Source of the DNA: Candidatus Bathyarchaeota archaeon
Lineage (GTDB): Archaea; Thermoproteota; Bathyarchaeia; 40CM-2-53-6
Length of the DNA stretch: 64,000 bases
Direction: 5' to 3'
Assembly (NCBI GenBank): GCA_963726255.1
Contig: CAVSBL010000002.1
Span: 1,120,001-1,184,000, forward strand
This document shows, in pieces, positions 9,464 to 18,295 of this stretch. Position 1 is the first letter of the stretch; each line of letters opens with the position of its first letter. The translations under genes and the position numbers were made by a program. The notes under the pieces were generated by a model. It saw only the letters and a list, made by a program, of their open reading frames with translations, was not told where the DNA came from and searched no databases.

Positions 9464-9587
9464 GTCTAATCCCTAGAATATATACTTCCATATTGTTTCT
9501 CATGGTCTAAACTAACCTTTACCAATATAGAGGCGGCCACCCGTATTCTATACACGTAGCTAAGTCTGTAACCGAACCGGCATTACC

Positions 9588-10811
9588 CTAGCTCGCTACT
9601 GAAAAGGCGAATGAAAATACGTACTCCCCGATGCGCTTTGCACCGGCCCTTATTCTTTCTTCGGGCTCGCTGACGAAGGTCATTCTCACATGCCCTGCGC
9701 CCTTTTCGCCGAAGAAGGACCCTGGAATGACCACCACGCCTTTACTGGACATCAGATGATTGCAGAATTCCTCCTCGCTCTGCTCCATAGACTTTAGGTA
9801 TCGTTTGATGTCGACGAAGAAATAGAACGCCCCGTCGGGTCTAACAGTTTTCGCATCGGGCAAGTTCTCCCTGATAGCTTTCTCCATGCAATCTCTTCGC
9901 TTCATGTACGTAGGAATTACGAAATCGCGCAGGTATTTCTCTTTCACATCGCCGCTTAGGAAGCGAATCATTGCATTTTGGCTAAGGGTGTTCGGTGCGA
10001 GGGAGGTATACTGCTTTACCTTTTCCATCCCATCAATAAGGTCCTGTGGTCCGAGCGCATATCCCAATCTTAAGCCGGGTACCGAAGCTTCCTTAGAGAA
10101 GCTACCTACGGAGACTACTCTTTCTCGGGCACCAGGGAATGTCGTAATTCTAGGCTGGTTATCTTTTCCATAAACGATATCGCGATAGGTTGAGTCGTTG
10201 ATAATCCAGAAGTCGTGGTCAATCGCCAGGTCGACGAGCCCCTTGACAAAGTCAGGTCGGACTATCCGGCCTGTGGGATTGTCCGGGCTGAGGAGAACAA
10301 TTGCCTTCGTCCGTTTGGTTACCAGCGACTTCAGTAATTCAAGGTTAGGCTGGTATCCGTCTTCCACGCGTACAGGCAGTTTAATGATGCGCGCCCCAGC
10401 CAACTGAGCCGCTTCCAAATAACCGAGGTAAGTTGGGTCGGTTACGATTAGCTCGTCGTTCTTGTTGAAAATTGAGAGGTAGGCGATGAATATGGCTTCA
10501 GTGGCACCGTCCGCCAAAATGACTTCCTTTTCTGGACCATACCTCGTGCCTTGATGCTTCGCCCAATCATCAGCAATGAGCTTCCTCAATTCAAAGTAAC
10601 CGCGCGTTCCGGTATAGGCTGTGGTCCCCTGCGGATCATGCGTGATTCTCTTCACTATTTCTTCAGAGACTTCTTTCGGCGGGGGAAGACTTGGTCCTCC
10701 GCCTCCAAAAGAGATGAGTTCCTTTCTCTTGCTTGCTTCGGCCAGAAGAGCGGTGACGCGGCGGATGGGTGAGATATGAAGGGAGGTAACACGGTCCGAG
10801 AGAGTTACCAT
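9588..10811 (-). CDS. PLP-dependent aminotransferase class I/II
   Basis: SPDNPTG, D..Y, GSFSKEASVPGLRLGY (PLP lysine). Confidence 0.93.
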   Translation of the reverse strand: MVTLSDRVTSLHISPIRRVTALLAEASKRKELISFGGGGPSLPPPKEVSEEIVKRITHDPQGTTAYTGTRGYFELRKLIADDWAKHQGTRYGPEKEVILADGATEAIFIAYLSIFNKNDELIVTDPTYLGYLEAAQLAGARIIKLPVRVEDGYQPNLELLKSLVTKRTKAIVLLSPDNPTGRIVRPDFVKGLVDLAIDHDFWIINDSTYRDIVYGKDNQPRITTFPGARERVVSVGSFSKEASVPGLRLGYALGPQDLIDGMEKVKQYTSLAPNTLSQNAMIRFLSGDVKEKYLRDFVIPTYMKRRDCMEKAIRENLPDAKTVRPDGAFYFFVDIKRYLKSMEQSEEEFCNHLMSSKGVVVIPGSFFGEKGAGHVRMTFVSEPEERIRAGAKRIGEYVFSFAFSVAS

Positions 10812-10873
10812 CTCACTATGCCTACTTCTGGAGCGCGGGTTTACTTGGGCTCAGTATAAGCTTTCCAAAATAA

Positions 10874-10883
10874 TGTAATTACA
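10874..10883. promoter_or_regulatory. Palindrome TGTAATTACA, candidate operator
   Basis: Perfect 10-bp palindrome in the divergent promoter between the aminotransferase and the Cys-rich ORF. Confidence 0.4.
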
Positions 10884-10942
10884 CTAAATGCCAAGAGAAT
10901 ACGACTGAGACAATAATTAGAAGTGCAGGAGGCGCCGGTTCG

Positions 10943-11386
10943 TTGTGTCGAAACTTTGTTGAGGACGGTGGCTGTTATGCGACCGGTGGGAAATGCCTCT
11001 TGGGGCTGAGCGGCGCCTTGGCGAGGAACAAGGATGGTGCTTGTGAACTCCACGGGAACCTTGATGTGTGGCTGACAGAGAAGAACGACCTTCTCATTAC
11101 TGACCTAGGTTTTCCATCCGAGGAACCAAAACAATGCCTGGCACTTGGTGTAAATGAAACTCTGGCCAGAGAAATCGCAGCGAACAAAGCACATCAGCTC
11201 CAAACATCGATCCTCACAAGCGAGCGCAGATGTTCGAAATGCCAGAGGAGCTACTGGGTTAGTGAACACAGCCGCTCGACCGGACTTCTTGAAATTGGCG
11301 CTAGGTACTTCTGCCCGGATTGCATTGACAAGGAAAGTGCAAGTGTTGAGGGGAAGGTGGGAGTTCAGCGATACTGGTGCGGATGA
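10943..11386 (+). CDS. Cys-rich hypothetical protein, putative metal-binding
   Basis: GGAGG upstream; N-terminal Cys/His cluster and C-terminal CSKC...CPDC. Confidence 0.6.
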   Translation: MCRNFVEDGGCYATGGKCLLGLSGALARNKDGACELHGNLDVWLTEKNDLLITDLGFPSEEPKQCLALGVNETLAREIAANKAHQLQTSILTSERRCSKCQRSYWVSEHSRSTGLLEIGARYFCPDCIDKESASVEGKVGVQRYWCG

Positions 11387-11392
11387 TTTCGT

Positions 11393-12025
11393 TTACTGTG
11401 TGGCCCATGTGGGAATGCAATGGAAAGGTGATTTGGCTTCGAATTCGGGGATTGGGTTGGACCTGACAAACTCCCTTCCCTTAGTCAACGCCAAATAATT
11501 CAATGACATCAGGCTTTCCTTCTTCCCTGCCAAGAAATACTTCAACGATTCTTTTACGCGGGCATCAGTAACTTGTGGGTGGCACAACTGAATGAAGGCA
11601 CCGTACATTACTGCGTTAGCAAACATCTTCGTATCCTGCACCTCCGTTGGAAACTCACTCCTCAATTTATCTGCAATCTCCGTTGCTGGAATACCGAGCG
11701 CCTTGACATCATCGCGGTCGACATCAGTGGCTATTAGCGACGTGTTGTAGAGGACCAATCCGTTCGACCGAAGGTAGTTGAGGAAATCCATTGATGGTTG
11801 GTTCATGATTATTTCAACGTCGGGTTCCTCGGCTATCGGGTTGTCAACTTCCTCGTCCGAGATTACGACATAGCATTTTGCTTTCCCACCACGGGTCTCG
11901 GGGCCGTAGGATGGAGTGTATGCGACATGTTTGCCCTCTAGCATAGCCGTGTAGGCTATGTAGTCGCTGAGGAGCAGGACGCCCTGGCCACCGTGCCCAG
12001 CTATGAGAACCTTGGTCTTGGTCAT
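11393..12025 (-). CDS. 2-oxoacid:ferredoxin oxidoreductase gamma subunit
   Basis: AGHGGQGV, PSYGPETRGG. Confidence 0.93.
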   Translation of the reverse strand: MTKTKVLIAGHGGQGVLLLSDYIAYTAMLEGKHVAYTPSYGPETRGGKAKCYVVISDEEVDNPIAEEPDVEIIMNQPSMDFLNYLRSNGLVLYNTSLIATDVDRDDVKALGIPATEIADKLRSEFPTEVQDTKMFANAVMYGAFIQLCHPQVTDARVKESLKYFLAGKKESLMSLNYLALTKGREFVRSNPIPEFEAKSPFHCIPTWATQ

Positions 12026-12822
12026 TGCTTCTCAACTCCGAACTTATCCTTGTACACGCCAAGCGGGAACTTCTTGGCCATGTGCTCGTACACGAATCGC
12101 TTCGCATCTAGGATTGGCAACTTCCAGTTTATCGAGCAGGTGCTCAGAAGTTCAACGAAGGCGAACCCGCCTAATTCCTGGACTTTGAAGGCGTTCTGGA
12201 CAGATTTCTTCGCGTCGAGGAGGTTCTTAATCGTGTACACATTGCCCCTCGGGCTCGAAATCTCTTGAACTGCTAGGCTTGCACGTTTCACATAGGCTGC
12301 ACCGTCTATTCCTGAGAGAAGCTTTGAAACATCGAGCTCGGTTCCTGTCATGGCTGCGTCCCTTCCGAAGGGTGTCGTCGTTGTGACCTGCCCTTCCAGT
12401 GTTGTGGGGGCCATTTGGCCGCCGGTCATGCCATAGATTGCGTTGTTTACAAGGAACACTGTGATCGGAGTGTTTCTCTGCGCTGCGTAGACCAATTCCA
12501 GAAGGCCGATCGATGCAGCGTCCCCGTCCCCCTGAACTGTAAAGACGGTCAGTTCTGGCTTGATCCTCTTTAGGCCTGTAGCAACTGCTGGCGCCCTTCC
12601 GTGGGCCGCCACGATATGGTCGCAGTTGAAGTAATTGTAGGCCAGAACGCTGCAACCTACTGAGTCTATCATAACCGTTTTTTCGCGGATTCCTAGTTCA
12701 TCCATAGCGGCCGCGATTAGTCGCGTTAGTGTTCCATGTTCGCATCCTGCGCAGTAGTGCGTTGGGTTGTCGGTCAGGGATTCTAGTTTGCCAACCTTTG
12801 TCTTGAGGGTGATTTGGCTCAT
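12022..12822 (-). CDS. 2-oxoacid:ferredoxin oxidoreductase beta (TPP-binding) subunit; start ATG 12822
   Basis: YCAGCEHG, VGCS, HGRA, GDGDAASIG...NNAIYGMTGGQ. Confidence 0.93.
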   Translation of the reverse strand: MSQITLKTKVGKLESLTDNPTHYCAGCEHGTLTRLIAAAMDELGIREKTVMIDSVGCSVLAYNYFNCDHIVAAHGRAPAVATGLKRIKPELTVFTVQGDGDAASIGLLELVYAAQRNTPITVFLVNNAIYGMTGGQMAPTTLEGQVTTTTPFGRDAAMTGTELDVSKLLSGIDGAAYVKRASLAVQEISSPRGNVYTIKNLLDAKKSVQNAFKVQELGGFAFVELLSTCSINWKLPILDAKRFVYEHMAKKFPLGVYKDKFGVEKQ

Positions 12823-13895
12823 GCTGCAACAACCTCCAGTCGTCGGAGTTTGCTTTCTATTTCGGCTTCGGTTGGGACGATTCCACCCCACTTGCCTAGA
12901 AAGTCGACTGTGACTCCTTCGCCAACCGCTAGTCTCACGTCTTCGTACATCTGGCCGGTGTTCAATTCAATGTCCAAGAATTGTTTTCCTTCTGATGCAA
13001 GTTTTCTGAGTGCAAGCGTGGGAAATGGCCAGAGGGTGATTGGTCTGAAGAGGCCGACCTTAACGCCTTTCGAACGAAGTCGATTGATGACGCCCTTTGC
13101 GATGCGTGACACAATTCCGAAGGCGACGATGACCTTCTCCGCATCTTCTGTCATGTAAGCTTCAAACCTGACCTCATTCGCTTCAGCTTGCTTGTACTTC
13201 TCGAAAATCCTGCCCATGTGTTTGTAGTGCTTTTGGTAATCGAGTTCAAGCGAATTAAGTATGTGCGGCCCGCGGCCCTTGGCGCCAGTAGCCGCCCAAG
13301 AAGAGACATCGTACTTCTCCGGCGTGAACTCGGGGAACACGACGTCCTCTTTCAGTTGCCCTGTGAAGGCGTCTCCCAGAATTAGTGCTGGGTTTCGGTA
13401 CTTGAAGGCTAGGTCGAAGCCAATTCTTGGGAAGAGGGCCATCTCTTGGACTGAGGCTGGGGCTAGGACAAATAGCCGGTAATCCCCATGGCCGCCTCCT
13501 TTTGTTGATTGGAAGTAGTCGCTCTGTTCCGGACCAAGGTTTCCTAGGCCCGGCCCTGCCCGGCAGATGTCGACGACCAAGAATGGAAGCTCCATTCCAG
13601 CCGCATACGACAACCCCTCCTGTTTCAGGCTGAACCCGGGGCTAGAGGTCGCGGTCATCGCTCGTACTCCACCTGACGCGGCCCCGATGACCATGTTGAT
13701 GGCTTCTAGTTCACTCGCAGCCTGCAGGAAAAATTTGAAATCTGGGTATTTCTTGTTGCCAAACTCTCTTGCTAGGGTTTCCGGAATTTCACTGGATGGG
13801 GTAATTGGGTAGGCGAAGTACGCATTGAGCCCGGCCTCGAGTGCTCCGTATGCCACGGCCTCGTTGCCTTTCAGGTAAACTCGTTGCTTCGGCAT
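12819..13895 (-). CDS. 2-oxoacid:ferredoxin oxidoreductase alpha subunit (VorB-like)
   Basis: GNEA, YPITPSSE, TSSPGFSLKQE, GPGLGNLGPEQSDY. Confidence 0.93.
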   Translation of the reverse strand: MPKQRVYLKGNEAVAYGALEAGLNAYFAYPITPSSEIPETLAREFGNKKYPDFKFFLQAASELEAINMVIGAASGGVRAMTATSSPGFSLKQEGLSYAAGMELPFLVVDICRAGPGLGNLGPEQSDYFQSTKGGGHGDYRLFVLAPASVQEMALFPRIGFDLAFKYRNPALILGDAFTGQLKEDVVFPEFTPEKYDVSSWAATGAKGRGPHILNSLELDYQKHYKHMGRIFEKYKQAEANEVRFEAYMTEDAEKVIVAFGIVSRIAKGVINRLRSKGVKVGLFRPITLWPFPTLALRKLASEGKQFLDIELNTGQMYEDVRLAVGEGVTVDFLGKWGGIVPTEAEIESKLRRLEVVAA

Positions 13896-14147
13896 CTATG
13901 CTTTCACCTGGACCTCACTGATAGCGAAATCGGGGCAGACCCAATAGCAGATGGCGCATCCCGTGCACTCACCCTTTGTCCCGCGATACGTAAATTCGGC
14001 TGGGTGGAAGCCAGCATGATTCAGCTTCGTAGAGAGCTTCAGGTTTCCTTGCGGGCAAGTAACGACGCACAGTTCGCATGCTTTGCAGCGCTCATCCAAG
14101 ATCTTTACTGAGGCTCTAGGTTGAAGAATCGTTGCGGTTTCGGTCAA
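13896..14147 (-). CDS. 2[4Fe-4S] ferredoxin, delta subunit of the oxidoreductase
   Basis: CKACELCVVTCP and CTGCAICYWVCP. Confidence 0.93.
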   Translation of the reverse strand: MTETATILQPRASVKILDERCKACELCVVTCPQGNLKLSTKLNHAGFHPAEFTYRGTKGECTGCAICYWVCPDFAISEVQVKA

Positions 14148-14563
14148 GCCTTCACGACCTCCTTCTTATCAACGAAATTTTCCAACACGTAACGGAGCAT
14201 AGCGTAATGCTGTTCTTCATCCAAAGCGAGCATCGTGAACAAGGTCTTTAAGTGCGGGTCTCTGACCTGCGATGTCGCTGAAGTGAAGAGTCGTAGCGCG
14301 TTTTCCTCCATGTCCATCAAGCGCAGTAATTCTTCCCGACTTTCGTTGACGGGTGCAAGTCCTTCCCACTGGTTTGTGGCGAGGTAGCTGATTGCGCAGT
14401 TGATGACATCGGCATGTTGCATGGTGTCCCGCATGAGTTTGGTGTAGAGAATCTTGACGACGCTGTGCTTGGTTTCTCTGACCTTCTTGGCATAGACTTC
14501 GGTTTCATGTTCTTCGTGGTCTAGCTGCTCATGCAGCAAAGCCAAGAGTTGCTCGTTTCGCAT
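14144..14563 (-). CDS. Ferritin/rubrerythrin-like four-helix di-iron protein
   Basis: E...Y, DTMQH, E..A, DEEQH repeated iron-ligand pattern. Confidence 0.75.
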   Translation of the reverse strand: MRNEQLLALLHEQLDHEEHETEVYAKKVRETKHSVVKILYTKLMRDTMQHADVINCAISYLATNQWEGLAPVNESREELLRLMDMEENALRLFTSATSQVRDPHLKTLFTMLALDEEQHYAMLRYVLENFVDKKEVVKA

Positions 14564-14588
14564 ACGCCTGTCGCGAGAAAGCAGCCAG

Positions 14589-14596
14589 GTAATTAC
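14589..14596. promoter_or_regulatory. Palindrome GTAATTAC, candidate operator
   Basis: 26 nt upstream of the oxidoreductase operon start; shares CAGGTAATTAC with the 9452 site. Confidence 0.4.
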
Positions 14597-14647
14597 TCTT
14601 AGCGGTTCTGCTAGTATTCTATGTATTGTATCGACCCGTTGGTGGCA

Positions 14648-15871
14648 TCACGTCGTTTCTCGCGGCTTCACTAGCAGCAAAGCCGAAACTGCACCAAACA
14701 ACGCTGCCGCGCTGCCAGCCATAAGCGCGAAGAAGAACCCCTTCGTGACTTCCAGAATGTAACCAGTCAAGACGGCCACGACGATTCCGGCGACGTTTCC
14801 CCCGAAGTTTTGAACGCCACCCATCGTCCCCGTGAACTTCTTCGGTGTCGCTTCAACTAGCGCAACCCAGAGTGATGGCGTTGCGAATCCGAGAGCTGCT
14901 CCTGCGAGGCTCAAGGCAAACAATGCGGAGTAGGGATCTGGGGCGTAAGCGGTCGCGAACAGCATAATTGATGCCCACACCATTCCGAGCGCAAAGAGCT
15001 TGTTCCGGAGTCCAACTGGGGAACCGCCCCGTTTTACAAGATAGTCTGAAACTACGCCACCAACCAGAAGCAATGTCACAACAGCGGATAACAGCGGAAG
15101 GGTTGAGAAGATACCCGCGTTGAGAATTGTGAACTTCTGTTCACGAACAAGATACGTGGGCAGCCAGAGGTTCAAGTAGTAGGCCACATACCCCTGACCG
15201 AAGCTAGCTAAGGTAAGTCCCAACCCCAAAGGACTGATCACTACAGGGATGCTTCCGCGAAGGTCCGTTTTCTGTTTCAGTCCCTTTCTTGGTATCCGCC
15301 CTCGAGGGTTGTCCTCGAATACAAGAAGCCATACGGCACACCAAAAAAGCCCGAGAAGCCCTGTAGCGAAAAATGCCCATGGCCAGCCGTATACGACGGC
15401 CAACCATGCTGCGAACGGAAAGGCGAGCACAGGACCTAGTCGGCCGCCTGCGATCCAAATCGATGTTGCTCGCGCCCGCTCTTCCTTCTTGTACCATCCG
15501 GAGGAGGATACCTTCGCCCCAGACACAAAGTTTGGTGCTTGGGTGACGCCGAGAGCGGCGCGGAGCGCGAAGAGGGCGAAGAAGGAGTTTGCGAATCCTG
15601 TGGCAATGGTTAGTATTGATGTAGCTAACCCGCCGACAAATAGGCTCAGCTTCGCGCCGAACCGGTCTGTGAGAAGACCGGCAACTGGCTGAAGAAGCGT
15701 ATAGATCCATAGGAATGCTGAGAGTGTGAGTCCCAGTTGGAAATCGGACATGTGGAGATCGCTTTGGAGGATCGGCGCAACTGGCGACAAGTTGACCCGG
15801 AGTACGAAGGTTACGAAGATTCCTGCACTCGTGAGAATGGCCATGGTCCAGCGGTTGCGTAGTGGGTCCAT
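14648..15871 (-). CDS. MFS transporter (ACS/galactonate-like)
   Basis: 12 hydrophobic segments, RVNLS, GLLTDRFGAK, WY..EERA. Confidence 0.92.
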   Translation of the reverse strand: MDPLRNRWTMAILTSAGIFVTFVLRVNLSPVAPILQSDLHMSDFQLGLTLSAFLWIYTLLQPVAGLLTDRFGAKLSLFVGGLATSILTIATGFANSFFALFALRAALGVTQAPNFVSGAKVSSSGWYKKEERARATSIWIAGGRLGPVLAFPFAAWLAVVYGWPWAFFATGLLGLFWCAVWLLVFEDNPRGRIPRKGLKQKTDLRGSIPVVISPLGLGLTLASFGQGYVAYYLNLWLPTYLVREQKFTILNAGIFSTLPLLSAVVTLLLVGGVVSDYLVKRGGSPVGLRNKLFALGMVWASIMLFATAYAPDPYSALFALSLAGAALGFATPSLWVALVEATPKKFTGTMGGVQNFGGNVAGIVVAVLTGYILEVTKGFFFALMAGSAAALFGAVSALLLVKPRETT

Positions 15872-15893
15872 CTCGTGCCCTCAGTGCGCTTCT

Positions 15894-16679
15894 TTACTGT
15901 GGGACCGGGACCATGTTGGCAAGCGCCATATCTGACAGAGTGTACTTCCTAAGATTGGCGATTTGCGGCTGGGTCAGGGTTGTACAAGCAAATCCCCAGT
16001 GGAACGATATCCAATCCCCCGGCCTGGCGCCTCTCACAAAACTTCGGCCTTGAACGTCGGCGAGAACCTTGGTCTTGGTTGTTTCACCCAAGGATAAGCG
16101 GCCGTTGATGCGTAGGACCGGTTCGTACTCGACGATCAAATTTCCCTTGTCGTCGGCTTCCAGTATTTTTCCCCAAGAGATGCGGCACTTGTCCATCAAT
16201 GCTCCCACCTCATCATCAAGTCCAGTGGCGTTCGCAAACGCATCCGGAACATTGCCACTCATTGAGAAAGCGTTGAAGACGTGAAGTGCGTGGTGGGGAA
16301 AAGCGGCGTACGGCTGCGTATCGAATAGTTTCTTTATTTGCTCCTTCGAGAATTTTGCCTTCAACCGTTCCCTTAGGTGGTCATAGAATTCCCCGGGCGA
16401 AATCTTCTCAAGAAGATCATTTCCGATCCAGTAGGCTTCGACGGCGCGGTAATCGAAGGGGTTGTCGGCCCCCACAGACTTGGCGATGAAACGAAGATAA
16501 GGGTAGGCAGCCTGGAAGCCTTCCAAGGCTTTGATCAATTTCTTGCTAGGCTTGTTGCTCAAACACGCGTCGAGTAGGACGTCGTTTTCATCTGGTCCGC
16601 AATAGCCCAAGCGGTTCGGCATGAAGCTATGTCGGGCAGCGAGAATTGCTCCGTCGACTCCACGTGAACTCAACTCCAT
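15894..16679 (-). CDS. DUF6390-family protein with HypC-like C-terminus
   Basis: PNRLGYCGP, YPYL, VEAYWIG, PHHALHVF, MDKCRISWG, GDWISFHWG. Confidence 0.8.
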   Translation of the reverse strand: MELSSRGVDGAILAARHSFMPNRLGYCGPDENDVLLDACLSNKPSKKLIKALEGFQAAYPYLRFIAKSVGADNPFDYRAVEAYWIGNDLLEKISPGEFYDHLRERLKAKFSKEQIKKLFDTQPYAAFPHHALHVFNAFSMSGNVPDAFANATGLDDEVGALMDKCRISWGKILEADDKGNLIVEYEPVLRINGRLSLGETTKTKVLADVQGRSFVRGARPGDWISFHWGFACTTLTQPQIANLRKYTLSDMALANMVPVPQ

Positions 16680-16689
16680 GCCCCGCCTT

Positions 16690-16917
16690 CTAACTTCCTT
16701 GCAGTTCGCGAATTATCTTCCAAGCTTCCAGCGTCTCTTCTGCCTCTCGGTTAGAGAGAACCCTAATTGCGAAACCGCCTTGAACTAGAACATAGTTGCC
16801 AATCTGCGCATTGACGAGGGAGATGTTCACGTTGTCCCTTACGCCGTCGGCGCCGTAATCCACCGATGCAGAGTCACCCCTGATCGCCACGACTTTGCCG
16901 GGGAAACTGAGGCACAC
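16690..16917 (-). CDS. hypC: Hydrogenase maturation chaperone HypC (His to Gln variant)
   Basis: MCLSFPGKV N-terminus; GNYVLVQGGFAI. Confidence 0.88.
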   Translation of the reverse strand: MCLSFPGKVVAIRGDSASVDYGADGVRDNVNISLVNAQIGNYVLVQGGFAIRVLSNREAEETLEAWKIIRELQGS

Positions 16918-17060
16918 CGTGGGACACTCCTATAGGTACCTGTTTTCCAAGGCTATATGTTTGTAATGCTGTCCCCAAGATTGGGATGGGGATTTGCTCC
17001 GGAAATCAGCAACCACCTTCATAACCCGATATACCCAAGCCCGGCCTAGGTGCGTTAGAA

Positions 17061-17744
17061 TTGACTAGGCCATCCGAAGTCGTCACCTCCGCGGAGGGCG
17101 AAGTATTCGACGTGGAGCTTGAGGTTGACATCCTAAAAGAAAACCAACGCCTCGCCGACGAGAACAAGAAGAAGCTGGGTGTGAACAAGATCCATGCGAT
17201 CGACGTTATGGGTTCCGTGGGGTCAGGAAAAACCTCCCTCATCAAGGCTATAGTTTCGAAACTCAAGCACAAATACCGAATCGCAGTCATTGAGGGCGAT
17301 GTAACGACGACGATTGATTCTGAACTCATCGCATCTGAGGGAGTTCCGACAGTTCAGGTCAACACTGGCAAAGAATGCCACTTGGACGCGAACCTGATCA
17401 AGAAAGCTTTGGATCGACTGCAACTCGACCGGCTCGACCTGATATTCATCGAGAATGTCGGAAACCTGATTTGCCCAGCCGAGTTCCCGCTTGGGTCTGA
17501 CAAGCGGTTGGTCGTGATCAGTGTGACGGAGGGCCCCTACATGGTTCTCAAACATCCAATGATGTTCCTAGGCGCCGACGTGGTAGCCATAAACAAGGTA
17601 GACTTGGCCAAGGCAATGGAAGTTGAACCCAAGAAACTCAGCGCGGACGTTGCTAGACTGAACCCGAAGGCCGTTACGTTGCACACAAGCTGCAAGAATG
17701 GAGAAGGGGTTGAAGCAGTCGTTAAGGCGCTCGGCTTGAGCTAG
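17061..17744 (+). CDS. hypB: Nickel-insertion GTPase HypB
   Basis: GSGKT, ECHLDA, ENVGNLICPAEF, NKVD. Confidence 0.95.
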   Translation: MTRPSEVVTSAEGEVFDVELEVDILKENQRLADENKKKLGVNKIHAIDVMGSVGSGKTSLIKAIVSKLKHKYRIAVIEGDVTTTIDSELIASEGVPTVQVNTGKECHLDANLIKKALDRLQLDRLDLIFIENVGNLICPAEFPLGSDKRLVVISVTEGPYMVLKHPMMFLGADVVAINKVDLAKAMEVEPKKLSADVARLNPKAVTLHTSCKNGEGVEAVVKALGLS

Positions 17745-17755
17745 GCGTTTGGAAT

Positions 17756-18172
17756 ATGCATGAGTTTTCGTTTGCTTCATCAATTGTAGAATCGGTTCTT
17801 GACCTGGCAACCAAGCAAGGAGCGAGTAGGGTGTTAGAAGTTCATCTGAGAATTGGAAAGCTGAGGGCCCTGTCGATTGAGCAGTTGCGCTTTTCCTACG
17901 GCATCCTTGCTGAGGGGGCCATTCTTGGAGGCTCCCAGCTCATTGTAGAGGAGTCAAATGGAAGCCTTACGTGTGGTCATTGCGGGTATCATGCTGAATT
18001 CGACCCAGAGGGCGATTCGTCCTTCCACTTTGGGATACCGCCGCTGATCTGCCCGGGGTGCGGTGGCGCTCTAAGTATCGAAGGCGGTGACGAATGCCTG
18101 ATAACGAGCGTTCGAATGGTCCTTCCGACGACCGTGGGAGGAAACCAGGCAGCGGGTAATGCCACGAATTAA
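17756..18172 (+). CDS. hypA: Nickel metallochaperone HypA
   Basis: MHE N-terminus, CGHC...CPGC. Confidence 0.95.
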   Translation: MHEFSFASSIVESVLDLATKQGASRVLEVHLRIGKLRALSIEQLRFSYGILAEGAILGGSQLIVEESNGSLTCGHCGYHAEFDPEGDSSFHFGIPPLICPGCGGALSIEGGDECLITSVRMVLPTTVGGNQAAGNATN

Positions 18173-18295
18173 GTTGACTACGTAGCGCCATTTCTCTATA
18201 TAGAATTGCTGCGGAATATATAACTGGTCACTATCGCTGACACTAATTCCGGTTTACGGGCGTCATCTAAGTAATGGCGACAGAGTGAACCAATA

